Origin: a virus
Taxonomy: Duplodnaviria; Caudoviricetes
Virus record (IMG/VR): IMGVR_UViG_3300042504_002530
Span: 1-62,084 of that record
Length of the DNA stretch: 62,084 nucleotides
Reading direction: 5' to 3' (one strand)
Position 1 is the stretch's first letter. Every line of letters begins with the position of its first letter. The notes under the pieces are model-generated. The model saw nothing but the letters and a program-made list of their open reading frames with translations, had not been told where the DNA came from and made no database searches. The position numbers and the translations under genes are program-made. Of the stretch, positions 1 through 8,756 are shown one piece after another.

Positions 1-399
1 AGTCGTATTTGGCACAATAAAATCAGCAACATTCGTCCCATAGGGGTCTCGTGTTGCGGTGCTATCTAAAACGCTTCCGCTCCCGTACGCAACCATATTA
101 ACAAGTCCCCAAGTGGCTGGAGTAAAGTTCTCACTCTGCAACGCTAAGTTCACCGCACTCGGCTCTACCAACAACGCAGGACACCCATTCACCGCTCCAC
201 CCAACGGATAGTCAAGGCGTGCGACGTTGTCTGCAACAAGTTCAATAAAACCCGCAGCGTTGACCCTTGTTGATTGACCTGCGACGGGGCTTGTCGTACG
301 AGTAACCGTGAAATCGCCTGCTCCGCTCTCCGGTATCTGCGAAAAAAGCACATTCGGAGCAGTAATGAATGGGATATTGACAAGCGACGGCGTAGGCAT
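1..399 (-). CDS. Tail/head fibre-like protein, N-terminal part (runs off window start); paralog of 402..1676
   Basis: Manual translation MPTPSLVNIPFITAPNVLFSQIPESGAGDFTVTR...RVNAAGFIELVADNVARLDYPLGG..GCPALLVEPSAVN aligns with the N-terminus of the neighbouring gene. Confidence 0.8.
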   Translation of the reverse strand, partial: MPTPSLVNIPFITAPNVLFSQIPESGAGDFTVTRTTSPVAGQSTRVNAAGFIELVADNVARLDYPLGGAVNGCPALLVEPSAVNLALQSENFTPATWGLVNMVAYGSGSVLDSTATRDPYGTNVADFIVPNTT

Positions 400-401
400 C
401 G

Positions 402-1676
402 TTATTGCGTTAGAGATTGGAGGGACAAAACTCCCAATGGGGCTGTATTAGGAATACGAGTGGGGTAGAAAGCAAAGGCACGGATGCGAGAGTTTATTAC
501 GCTTCCTGTGCCAGTGTCTTCAACTTTACCTACATTAACGGTGTTTAATGACGCAGGATATGTGGCAGATGTTCCCGAAACCACCGCTCCGCCATTCAGA
601 CTTGCGGTTAATATTCCGCTTACTCCATTTTGAATGTAACCAAATGCAACCTTATTAAAGCCGACCACAGGCGTTCCTACGGTCATAGTTCCAGCTTGAA
701 TTCCGGCAACTATACTTCCAGCAGCAAAATAAAGAAATACTCTATTTAGTTGACTTCCATCGCTAATCGCCAAAATACGCCTTGTGCTCATATCGGTCCT
801 ATATTCAAACTCCACATACATCGTGCCTTCAGTTTGCCCAATCAACCCACTCACGCCCGTCTTGTTTATGACATCTGCGCCGCGATTGATGGCTGCGGTG
901 GTGGTGTGGATGACCGATGTGGTTACCGAGCCGATTTCCATCTGCGGATAACCAATGCGGATGGTGAAGTCGTAGGTTTGCCCGCTGACCAAACCAAAAA
1001 ACAAACTCGGATGAACAAAAGCGACCGTTGCCTGATTTAAAGCTCTTGTGAAAGAAAACCTATCGAAGGAAGTTGTTGATATAGAAAGAGCGGGACCTGT
1101 AAAAACACTCAAAAAACCGCCGCCTGAATTAAACTCCCTCATTGCAAGAGCATAACCGGCGGGAGGATTAGGTTGAGCAATTATTTGCAAATAGCAACTT
1201 GCGACCCAATTTTGACCAACCGATGCCGCAATAATGTTGTTTGCATCCCAAAAGACATCGTGAAACGTATTGTTTGCGGTACCCGAAATTCTTATATCTA
1301 CATAAGGAATCCCATTCAGAGTCCCCGTAACAATGCTTTGCCTTGTGAGTCCTGAGCCAGCGTTACTCCAATTTGTCGGTAAATTACCTGGACTTCCTGC
1401 AACTGCCCCAACCATTGAGTTGTTGCGAATGCCGTTCGTAGCAGCAGGCTCCACGAGCAACGAGGGGCACCCCGCAACAATCCCTCCGATAGGATAATCA
1501 AGGCGAGGGACATTGTCGGCAACGGTTTCAATGAAGCCCTGAGCATTAACCCTCGTAGCAGAATTGCTCGCGGCACGAACAACCGTGAAATCGCCCAAAC
1601 CACTCGACGGAACTTGTGAGTAAAGGGCTCCGGCTTTATACCGGTAGGGCACACATAAAAAAGAAGGACTAGACAT
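402..1676 (-). CDS. Fibre/spike protein with LamG/concanavalin-like C-terminal region
   Basis: ATRVNxxGxIETV..NVPRLDY..GCPSLLVEP motif typical of Bacteroidota phage fibres; start re-called at MSSPSF (1676) by alignment with the paralog. Confidence 0.7.
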   Translation of the reverse strand: MSSPSFLCVPYRYKAGALYSQVPSSGLGDFTVVRAASNSATRVNAQGFIETVADNVPRLDYPIGGIVAGCPSLLVEPAATNGIRNNSMVGAVAGSPGNLPTNWSNAGSGLTRQSIVTGTLNGIPYVDIRISGTANNTFHDVFWDANNIIAASVGQNWVASCYLQIIAQPNPPAGYALAMREFNSGGGFLSVFTGPALSISTTSFDRFSFTRALNQATVAFVHPSLFFGLVSGQTYDFTIRIGYPQMEIGSVTTSVIHTTTAAINRGADVINKTGVSGLIGQTEGTMYVEFEYRTDMSTRRILAISDGSQLNRVFLYFAAGSIVAGIQAGTMTVGTPVVGFNKVAFGYIQNGVSGILTASLNGGAVVSGTSATYPASLNTVNVGKVEDTGTGSVINSRIRAFAFYPTRIPNTAPLGVLSLQSLTQ

Positions 1677-1965
1677 ACAATATTGAAAACCTTGTATAAA
1701 TGCAATCGTAAGCAGGAGCCTCCCGAACGGTGGCACTATCCGTATCGCACCGACGATTAAAGTTCCAGAAATAATCGTAGTCAACAGTCGGCGCATCCAA
1801 CAACGGAGGTGCAAACCTCGACCTGGCACAAGCATAACTGCCAGATAAAGTTCCCGACGCAGCTATGCCTCGAGCAATGTATCTGCCCCATACCGATTCC
1901 CATACATCTGACTGACTGGCAATCCTACGGACATCGGTGGTTATGATTGGCGAGGTTCCTAGCAT
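1669..1965 (-). CDS. Hypothetical protein
   Basis: Fills the gap; ATG overlaps the upstream stop (TAATG). Confidence 0.6.
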   Translation of the reverse strand: MLGTSPIITTDVRRIASQSDVWESVWGRYIARGIAASGTLSGSYACARSRFAPPLLDAPTVDYDYFWNFNRRCDTDSATVREAPAYDCIYTRFSILYV

Positions 1966-2231
1966 TACCAAAGAGCGATTATCCCGCTGGCAGATGTATT
2001 AGTTGCAAAAACCTTAATGACCTGAACCGGGAAGAACCCAATAGGAACATTTTGGAAAGTAACTTCCTGGCCGCCTTCCACCAATACCCTCAAGTTGCCA
2101 GGAACGCCAACATACAAAATGGCGCCAGCAAAAAAGCTGTTTGCCGGGTCAGATGATGGTACGGATAGGTTTGCGGTGTCGCTCGGAGTAACCGCAGCAG
2201 CAACGGATGGCTGAAATTTAATGGCTGACAT
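1965..2231 (-). CDS. Head spike base protein (RcGTA Rcc01079-like)
   Basis: AAAVTPSD...LYVGxxGNLRV...VTFxNVPxG..PVQVxKVxATxTxASGIxAL pattern. Confidence 0.7.
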   Translation of the reverse strand: MSAIKFQPSVAAAVTPSDTANLSVPSSDPANSFFAGAILYVGVPGNLRVLVEGGQEVTFQNVPIGFFPVQVIKVFATNTSASGIIALW

Positions 2232-2415
2232 CTTCGTTTGTTTTATATGGTAATAGTTCGTTTAACGCTTCTTGCCTCTGGCTACAACCGCAGTCCGCGC
2301 CCGTAACCTCGGATACTTTTTCAACGACCGCTTTCACGCCCGTAGCTGTAAAGATACGAGCCAAAGTGTCGCCGAAGCCTTTATCCTTGCTTGGTGAAGT
2401 GCTTTTCGTAGACAT
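2218..2415 (-). CDS. Small conserved phage protein (KGxGDT...DCGC..RQExLN)
   Basis: ORF with overlapping neighbours and a recognisable motif. Confidence 0.7.
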   Translation of the reverse strand: MSTKSTSPSKDKGFGDTLARIFTATGVKAVVEKVSEVTGADCGCSQRQEALNELLPYKTNEDVSH

Positions 2416-2665
2416 ACTCAACGGCTTTTAATCCTCCAAACCCAACAACAAAGGCCACGCCAAACTGCGTATTGTCCTTGAGGTCCATAAAACTTATCAC
2501 TAATGGCGTCAGGTAGTTTGCCGATAGCGTACCGGCAATAAGCGACAAGGCTTGCTCCTTGATGTTCATCTTCTTCTTGGAGCGCCAAATCGTTACGAGG
2601 CTACCCAACAAGCCCGACAGGGCTAAACCAATGTTGAACCCGAGGTCCATTAAAAATTCTCTCAT
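2381..2665 (-). CDS. Putative holin
   Basis: 94 aa, about three hydrophobic segments, charged C-terminus. Confidence 0.65.
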   Translation of the reverse strand: MREFLMDLGFNIGLALSGLLGSLVTIWRSKKKMNIKEQALSLIAGTLSANYLTPLVISFMDLKDNTQFGVAFVVGFGGLKAVEYVYEKHFTKQG

Positions 2666-2886
2666 TTTCTTGCTCTATTTTTGGAGGCTTTTTCTAAGAT
2701 AAACTTTCCACCCTTCTGATGCGAAACATCCAACCCGTCGCCCTTCTTACCCATTTCGCGGTTCTTCTTCACCAACTGCGCACGATACTTACGTCGTTCT
2801 GGGGTGGAGTGATACTCGGTATCGTACTCGGATTTTTTCTTGCGTGCCTTTGGATTGGCATCGTAATACTTTGCGCTGCGTGACAT
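2662..2886 (-). CDS. Small basic HNH-like protein
   Basis: GDGLDVSH...ASKNRAR motif. Confidence 0.55.
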   Translation of the reverse strand: MSRSAKYYDANPKARKKKSEYDTEYHSTPERRKYRAQLVKKNREMGKKGDGLDVSHQKGGKFILEKASKNRARK

Positions 2887-3173
2887 CAGTACTTACCCTT
2901 TCTGCCCTTGGGGCTTGACTTTGTGCTGCCGCCCTTGCCGGCCCATAAGTCCTTGCAGGCCCAATAGCGAGCCGTAAGCTTGCTTGTGGCCGTGTCGCAC
3001 TTGTGACGCGCCTTGAAGGACTTTCGAGCAGCCGCGCTGTAATTGTGGCCATAGCCTTCCGCTCCATAATGAACGATTTTCTCTTGGCCTCCTTCGCAGG
3101 CTTTTACCATCCGCTTTTTCCCGGGGCTCGTTGATGGCCTCGGCTTGTTGCATGGCATTGACTCTTTCTTCAT
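2886..3173 (-). CDS. Small basic conserved phage protein (RKSFKARHKC...ARYWAC..LW)
   Basis: Recognisable motif; TAnnTTTG promoter upstream. Confidence 0.7.
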   Translation of the reverse strand: MKKESMPCNKPRPSTSPGKKRMVKACEGGQEKIVHYGAEGYGHNYSAAARKSFKARHKCDTATSKLTARYWACKDLWAGKGGSTKSSPKGRKGKY

Positions 3174-3209
3174 AGGGCAGTCCCGGGTTTATTGGCAACA
3201 AAGGTAGCA

Positions 3210-3368
3210 TTATTTTTTCCGGGCAGCTGAATATGCAATGGCAGCAATCTGCTCCTTGCTACGCTTCTTGCCGGCCGGCTTCGACCGGTTGGCCCGGGTC
3301 AGCTCTTGAATGTTCGCGGATACAGCCTTCTGCATGTCGGCCTTCCCCTTTGCTTTCTTTAATGGCAT
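3210..3368 (-). CDS. Small basic protein (MPLKKAKGK...QIAAIAYSAARKK)
   Basis: Manual translation, 52 aa; common small phage protein pattern. Confidence 0.65.
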   Translation of the reverse strand: MPLKKAKGKADMQKAVSANIQELTRANRSKPAGKKRSKEQIAAIAYSAARKK

Positions 3369-3370
3369 GT

Positions 3371-3706
3371 CTATACAGGTTTAACTCTTCGACCCATTCC
3401 GACACGCTCTTTCTCCCGAATCTTTTTCCGGATGGTAGAGCGGCCTATCTCTGAGCTCGTCTTGGGGGTTTTCTCGGACACACGCTTGGTTGGCCGGCAG
3501 TACTCGTTCTTCCCACCAGCTCCACAGGCGCGGCCGGTCTTTTGGTCCACCCACTTCTCTTTCTCCCATCGTTTTAAATTAGTTCCTTTTTCAGTCTTGC
3601 GTACACTTCCGGACTCCTTGCGGCACTTAGCAATCGCCTGACTAGCCCTAGCGGACGGAAAAACGTCGTATTGCGCTTTGACCTTTTTGTAACAGGCGTC
3701 CTTCAT
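3371..3706 (-). CDS. Basic conserved phage protein (DUF5872-like)
   Basis: KDACYxKVK..Y.VFPSA.AS..IAKCRK; LKRWxKEKWVD; YCRPxKRVS motifs. Confidence 0.7.
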   Translation of the reverse strand: MKDACYKKVKAQYDVFPSARASQAIAKCRKESGSVRKTEKGTNLKRWEKEKWVDQKTGRACGAGGKNEYCRPTKRVSEKTPKTSSEIGRSTIRKKIREKERVGMGRRVKPV

Positions 3707-3727
3707 AACTTTGGCAAAAATAATACA

Positions 3728-4183
3728 ATGGAGTACCTAAAGTATTTTAAGGTCGTAAGGGCTTATGTCAAAGCGAAATACGCCGTAAGTCTGGATGACT
3801 TAGAGTTCTTACTCTTCCTAAGTCCGGAGAAAGTCTTTAATAAGAAGCGACTTAAACTAGCAGAAGTGGGCATGAGTTGGGACCCCAAGCGTCTCGACAG
3901 CATGATACGCCGCGGGCTGATAGGGCAACTGCGCGAGAAGCCAACCGCCCTCTATACCCTAACGCCACACGCGCGCCATATTATCAACTCAGTCTACCGG
4001 AAGCTTGAAGGGAAGGAGCCCATCAACACGTCGCCGAGGTCCAACCCCCTATACGCCCCGAAAGCCCCATTTAGCTACAAGCTATACCGACGGCAGGCCG
4101 AAGACCTCAACGAATCTATAATACGACAACGACGTCGCGCTCAAGAATCACAAGGTACTGATGGCCCTCAATCATCAACTTAA
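3728..4183 (+). CDS. Putative winged-helix DNA-binding protein
   Basis: DLEFLLFL...LDSMIRRGLI...ALYTLT pattern; own TAACTTTG promoter at 3706-3713; only + strand gene in the - arm. Confidence 0.55.
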   Translation: MEYLKYFKVVRAYVKAKYAVSLDDLEFLLFLSPEKVFNKKRLKLAEVGMSWDPKRLDSMIRRGLIGQLREKPTALYTLTPHARHIINSVYRKLEGKEPINTSPRSNPLYAPKAPFSYKLYRRQAEDLNESIIRQRRRAQESQGTDGPQSST

Positions 4184-4373
4184 AGCCGGCGCTCCTGTCG
4201 TACAGGACGCTGTCGCCGTCCTTAACAGCACAGACTTCGTTGCCGACGCTGACGACCTTGGCCTCCCGGTAGCGGATGTCCTCGGCGTCCTTGCTTGACA
4301 TGGTTAGCCCGCTGCCGGTCTTTATCTCCCGGTGGACTTCTTCGGCGACGATGAACTTATTTATTGCTTTCAT
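4116..4373 (-). CDS. groS: Co-chaperonin GroES
   Basis: KTGSGL mobile loop, VVSVG, VKDGDxVLY, YLVILERDV; adjacent to GroEL. Confidence 0.9.
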   Translation of the reverse strand: MKAINKFIVAEEVHREIKTGSGLTMSSKDAEDIRYREAKVVSVGNEVCAVKDGDSVLYDRSAGFKLMIEGHQYLVILERDVVVVL

Positions 4374-5913
4374 TGGTAATAATTGCGTTTGTACCTAGAA
4401 GAGTGGCCGCTACGCTCGTAGCGCTGATGAGAGCGTTCTTTGTCACCTTGGCCGGGTCAATGACCCCCATGCCCATCATGTCGCCGTAGTGCATGCTCTT
4501 TAGGTCAAGCCCGAAGCCGAACGCGCACCCACGAATGTTCTGCTGGACCTCCAAGTCGTTTACGCCGGCATTCTCCAGAATCTGACGGAACGGAGCCATC
4601 AACGCCCGGCAGAACACCCTCCGGACACGCTCGATATGGCCCTCCTCCTCCATGACCTCATGGGCGATGTAGTTAAGCGCCACCCCTCCGCCGGGCAGTA
4701 CACCCTCGGCTAGCGCGCTACGCACGGCGCAGACCGCGTCATCAACCCGGTCATACAGCTCTTTCTGCTCCACGTCCGTATTTGCCCCGACGTAGATGAC
4801 CGACATGCCCCCCCGGAGGCTTGCAATTCTCTCCATAATAAACTCCCGCTCGTCCTTGCGCTCGGTATTCTTGTGCTGCTCCCATAGTTCTTTGACCCGC
4901 CCGTCAACTTTAGCCGCGTCCAAGTCCGGCCGGACGATGATGGTTTCCTCCCGGCCGACCACGATGCGCTTAGCAATGCCTAGGTCCGTGACCTGAGCGA
5001 TGCTCAAGTCGTCACCGGTCTGCTCGCTGAAGTACTTGCCCCCCAACATGAAGGCAATGTCGCCCATCTGCTCATGCCGGCGCCACCCAAACGAGGGAGG
5101 CTGCACCACGCAGAACTTCAACCCGTTCTTCACCACGTTCGCAGCAAGGGTCATCTGCACCGCGTCGGAGCAGTCCGCGATAATCACCAACGGCTTACCG
5201 CTGTTGATGACCGGCTTGAGCACGTTCTCAATGCTCAGGATGTTGTTGATGGGCGTATCGGACACCAAAACATACGCGTCCTCCAGAATACACTCGTCTT
5301 TCCGTTGGTCGTTGACGAACATCCGGTTCGTGTACCCCCGCTGAAACCGCATGCCAGTGGTTGTCTCCACATAAGTCGTCTGCCCCTGCGAACGCTGCAC
5401 CGTGACAATGCCGTCAGCGCCCACATTCTTGTACGCCGTGGCAATAATCGCCCCAATTTGCGCGTCGTTGTTCGCGCTAATCGTCGCAATGGCCTCCAAA
5501 GACGACAATTTCACCTTCTTGGACAACTTGTCAATGCGCTTAGCCACCTTGTCAGCCATGCCGGTCAGCAACTTGGCCTCACTCAGCGTCAACCCCTCCT
5601 CAATACCACCTAAAGTCATCGCTTCAGCAATGACCACCGCCGTCGTTGTGCCGTCGCCGGCCATCGTAGCCGTCCGGTCCGCCGCCTGACGCATAATCCG
5701 TACCGCCATATTCTCCACCGGGTCGCTCAAAGTGATGGAACGGGCCACCGTGACGCCGTCTTTCGTGACCGTCATGCCCCCAATGTGCTCCGGAGATTCC
5801 AAAATAACCGTGTTACCGCACGGACCCAGAGTGCTCTTCACCGCACCCGCCATTTTTTTGATTCCTGATGCCAAGCCTTGCCTCGCGTCAGCTCCTAAAG
5901 TGAGATTTTTCAT
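4357..5913 (-). CDS. groL: Chaperonin GroEL
   Basis: VKSTLGP, TKDGVTVA, AGDGTTTA, GVLPGGG, GVIDPAKV motifs. Confidence 0.97.
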   Translation of the reverse strand: MKNLTLGADARQGLASGIKKMAGAVKSTLGPCGNTVILESPEHIGGMTVTKDGVTVARSITLSDPVENMAVRIMRQAADRTATMAGDGTTTAVVIAEAMTLGGIEEGLTLSEAKLLTGMADKVAKRIDKLSKKVKLSSLEAIATISANNDAQIGAIIATAYKNVGADGIVTVQRSQGQTTYVETTTGMRFQRGYTNRMFVNDQRKDECILEDAYVLVSDTPINNILSIENVLKPVINSGKPLVIIADCSDAVQMTLAANVVKNGLKFCVVQPPSFGWRRHEQMGDIAFMLGGKYFSEQTGDDLSIAQVTDLGIAKRIVVGREETIIVRPDLDAAKVDGRVKELWEQHKNTERKDEREFIMERIASLRGGMSVIYVGANTDVEQKELYDRVDDAVCAVRSALAEGVLPGGGVALNYIAHEVMEEEGHIERVRRVFCRALMAPFRQILENAGVNDLEVQQNIRGCAFGFGLDLKSMHYGDMMGMGVIDPAKVTKNALISATSVAATLLGTNAIITNESNK

Positions 5914-6113
5914 TTTTCTTCAAAATTAACACTCAAACACCATGCCAAACTCTTCTGACCGGAAAAAATTAACGGCCATCGCTTCCGGGGATTCTCAACC
6001 GGCGTGTCGTCGTCGTCCGAAACCCACTGCTCGTTGAACGATACGAAGACGTTGTTGCCTAAATAGACAACTATCCCGGGGTCGTCCTTGCTGTACCAGA
6101 AGACATCGTCCAT
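5910..6113 (-). CDS. Hypothetical protein
   Basis: ORF between a TATTTTTG promoter (6118-6125) and groL. Confidence 0.5.
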   Translation of the reverse strand: MDDVFWYSKDDPGIVVYLGNNVFVSFNEQWVSDDDDTPVENPRKRWPLIFSGQKSLAWCLSVNFEEK

Positions 6114-6130
6114 AAAACAAAAATACCAGA

Positions 6131-6290
6131 ATGTCGATTTTTTTTCTCCCTATACTCTCTATATATATTCTTATTTTAGATTTCTTCCCAAAAAATCATA
6201 GGAAAAAAATCGTCATAATCTATCAGTAGCTTGATAATCAGCGAGAAAAATTGGCTCAAAATCGTCATACGCTGCCAGATTTTCGACATT
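6131..6290. repeat. Dispersed ~150-bp AT-rich repeat, copy 1 (origin-like)
   Basis: Co-linear similarity with 18894-19050, including identical AAAAAATCATAGGAAAAAAA and CG(A/T)CAT iterons. Confidence 0.7.
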
Positions 6291-6672
6291 TGGGGGTTAG
6301 AAACTTGGAGTAAATGGGTTATCTGAGCCGTTCCGCGCGTCCGTCCGCGTGCGCAAGCACCCCCGCCTGCACGTTGGGGGGTGTTGTATCTTGTGTTACA
6401 TGACGATTTTTTGCCGATTTTGCGCCGACCATACCAACCCCTAAAGGGGTGGTAAAGTACGCCGAAATGGGGCGTTTTGGGCCGACCGAGAGAGGGGTCG
6501 TGTGATGCGCGTTTCCGCCCGAGCATAATGCCCGCGCCGAAAGAGTGGGTGTTTGAACACCCCTCGTTTTGGTCTATACATCTTCGATGTATTGCTCCAT
6601 AACACATCTTACATCCTCCGTTCCCCACCTCTACACCTTCGGTGTAAGCTCCATATACCTTCGGTATATGCT

Positions 6673-6714
6673 CCGTAACACAACTCAAACAAGCCGTAAC
6701 ACAATTCAAACAAG
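6673..6714 (+). repeat. Tandem 21-bp repeat CCGTAACACAAYTCAAACAAG x2
   Basis: Read directly. Confidence 0.9.
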
Positions 6715-7092
6715 CCCCAAATGACACGCCGTGTACGCGTACCCGCCTTGGCGGTTCTTCAAGAACCGCCGCGCAGTGTCCGAAGGACACCGCCCGACCC
6801 CGCGACACCCCCGCGTTACCGCGCCGCCGCCTTGGTATCCCCTTCGGGATACCGCCCGTAGCCCAAAAAACGCGTCACGCTTAGGCATAATGCGTAATCC
6901 CCCCACATTTCGCGTCATCCCCAAATGATACGCGCGCGGTGCTTTCGTCAACTGCTTGATTTTCAGCGCCTTTGCCGAAATCAAAATGTGGATAACTTTT
7001 TTCACCCCCTAACTTGCTGATTTTGAGCCGTTTACATACTCACCGAAAATTTAATTTGACCCTGTTGGGCTGCATTCGGATTTTGCCGTTTA

Positions 7093-7100
7093 TACCTTTG
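7093..7100 (+). promoter_or_regulatory. Bacteroidota sigma-A -7 element (TACCTTTG), first early promoter
   Basis: Matches TAnnTTTG; precedes the structured RNA and the early gene arm. Confidence 0.65.
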
Positions 7101-7634
7101 CATCGCCGACTGACAGCAAACTGACCTCGGCTCCCCACGATACAGACTACCTTGGTAGTCATTGTGGATTACTTGTGACCTACTAAAGTAGGGGTGACAG
7201 CCCAAAACAGAGAGGACAAGGAGAGGTCATAATTTCTAATTATGATGTCGGATGCTTCGTAGTGGTTCCTTACGGAAAGGAACTTAGGGTAGCCGCCTAT
7301 TTCGTGGCTGAGGAATCCCGCACTCCGCAAAAACGGGAACAGGGCAAGGTCAAGCCAAGATTGACCCCGAAGGGGACTGCGACAAAGCAGACCCTACCTT
7401 AAAAAGGTACTTCGGCGAAGGGAAAAGGACAAAACTCCTACGGAGTAAAACCCGATTCCTTACTATGTAACGGCTTTGGTAACACAAAGTATTCCAACCG
7501 AAGGTTGCATAGTGAGGGGGTGGCGCAGACCGAGTTCGTCTAAAAGCCCGATGTGAGCGCTAGAGCCACGAAGATAGAAAGCAGGTTACTAACTATTGGC
7601 CACCCCGAAGGGGTGAAACTTCGGGATTGGTCAA
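7101..7634 (+). ncRNA. Large structured ncRNA candidate (~530 nt), class unknown
   Basis: No credible ORF; more than 12 hairpins and nested long-range helices with G-U pairs on the + strand. Confidence 0.7.
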
Positions 7635-7696
7635 GGCAAAGTACAAGGCAAAGGGGTGTTCAAACACCCCTTGGGGTTCGACTCCCCACTTTGCCA
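7635..7696 (+). ncRNA. tRNA-like element 1 (62 nt; acceptor + T arm, palindrome hairpin in place of the anticodon arm)
   Basis: GGCAAAG/CTTTGCC acceptor stem, TGGGG-TTCGACT-CCCCA T arm, discriminator A. Confidence 0.8.
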
Positions 7697-7764
7697 CAAT
7701 GCCCCGTTGGGGGGCTAAAGCCCCAACAAACCCTTTTTTTCAACGCCATAAACCCTAAAAAATC

Positions 7765-8376
7765 ATGGCTACATTATCCCCCATCGCTCAAATCGTCCGT
7801 TCCAACGCCCAAGTTGCAGAGCAACTCAAGGTCAAGGAAATTCGCACCGTTCTCGCTTCAATAGAGAGCGGTAAACAGAAAGTGTTTACCAAATCGATTG
7901 AACAGGCCCGTCTTTTGGCTAACGCCAAAGAGTGGTTCAACTCCAACAACTCGCTCTGTAAAGAGCGAGGCATTACTTGGAAGTCAATTTTGTCCGATAT
8001 ATTCGGTTTTACCGAATCGGCTATTGAATCCAAGTGGCCCAACCAACTACTGAAAGTAGGGGATGTGACCAATGAACAACTCGAAGAGTTCGTCAAGTGG
8101 GCACAATCCAACGACAAGTCGTTGTCGGTCAAGCAGTTGTACCTTTGGCTGAAGGGCGAAACCGAAGAGACCACCGAAGGTGGTGCTGAAGGCGAAGAAC
8201 AAGCGCCAAAGGCGCAGTGTGTGTGCAGTTGGACGTTCAAACTCCCACTTGTTGGGCAGGGTGAGCGTAATGTATCGGTGAGCATTGACACCGAAGGTGT
8301 TGTCAAGACCTCCAACACGGAGGACGAGTTGCGCCTTGCATACGAAATGATGGGCAAGGCGCTTGGCCTTGCATAA
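7765..8376 (+). CDS. First early protein, unknown function
   Basis: 203-aa ORF with A-rich initiation region, followed by palindrome hairpin and T-tract. Confidence 0.85.
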   Translation: MATLSPIAQIVRSNAQVAEQLKVKEIRTVLASIESGKQKVFTKSIEQARLLANAKEWFNSNNSLCKERGITWKSILSDIFGFTESAIESKWPNQLLKVGDVTNEQLEEFVKWAQSNDKSLSVKQLYLWLKGETEETTEGGAEGEEQAPKAQCVCSWTFKLPLVGQGERNVSVSIDTEGVVKTSNTEDELRLAYEMMGKALGLA

Positions 8377-8453
8377 GAGAAACCGACCGACGGGGGGGGT
8401 GTTCGAACACCCCTCCCTTTTGTATTTCATTCAACCCTTAAAACCCAACCAAA

Positions 8454-8711
8454 GTGCTAAACATTACCAAAAATTTCCAAAAAACCGAGTCCGTGTCCGT
8501 TATCATCCGCTTTGGCCTAACGGTCAACGGCCACGAAGTGACGGGCGAATGCGAAGCATGGGCAAGCGACGGCGTTATGGACGCAGGAAGCATCGTGAAA
8601 TTTGATAACTCACATCTCATGTATGAGTCGGGGCTGTTTTCTCCCGACGAAAAGGACGAAATTATTGAGTATGTACAGCAGGGCATCGACCTCCCAAAAA
8701 TCAGCGAATAA
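8454..8711 (+). CDS. Hypothetical acidic protein
   Basis: GTG-start ORF bounded by two palindrome copies. Confidence 0.7.
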   Translation: MLNITKNFQKTESVSVIIRFGLTVNGHEVTGECEAWASDGVMDAGSIVKFDNSHLMYESGLFSPDEKDEIIEYVQQGIDLPKISE

Positions 8712-8756
8712 AGGGGGTGTTCGAACACCCCTCCAACCCAACCCTAAACAAACACA

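Noticed and set aside
6176-7005. ORFs of 210, 99 and 65 aa in the divergence region, and 7553..7864
   Set aside because: Atypical composition, no phage-type initiation context, and they overlap hairpins and repeats; likely spurious
7101-7700. tmRNA or RNase P RNA
   Set aside because: The acceptor stem closes locally (7635/7695) rather than with the RNA 5' end, there is no G3-U70 Ala identity or tag ORF, and GAGGAATCCCG only loosely resembles the RNase P GAGGAAAGUCC with no matching P4 partner seen; an Rfam search is still needed
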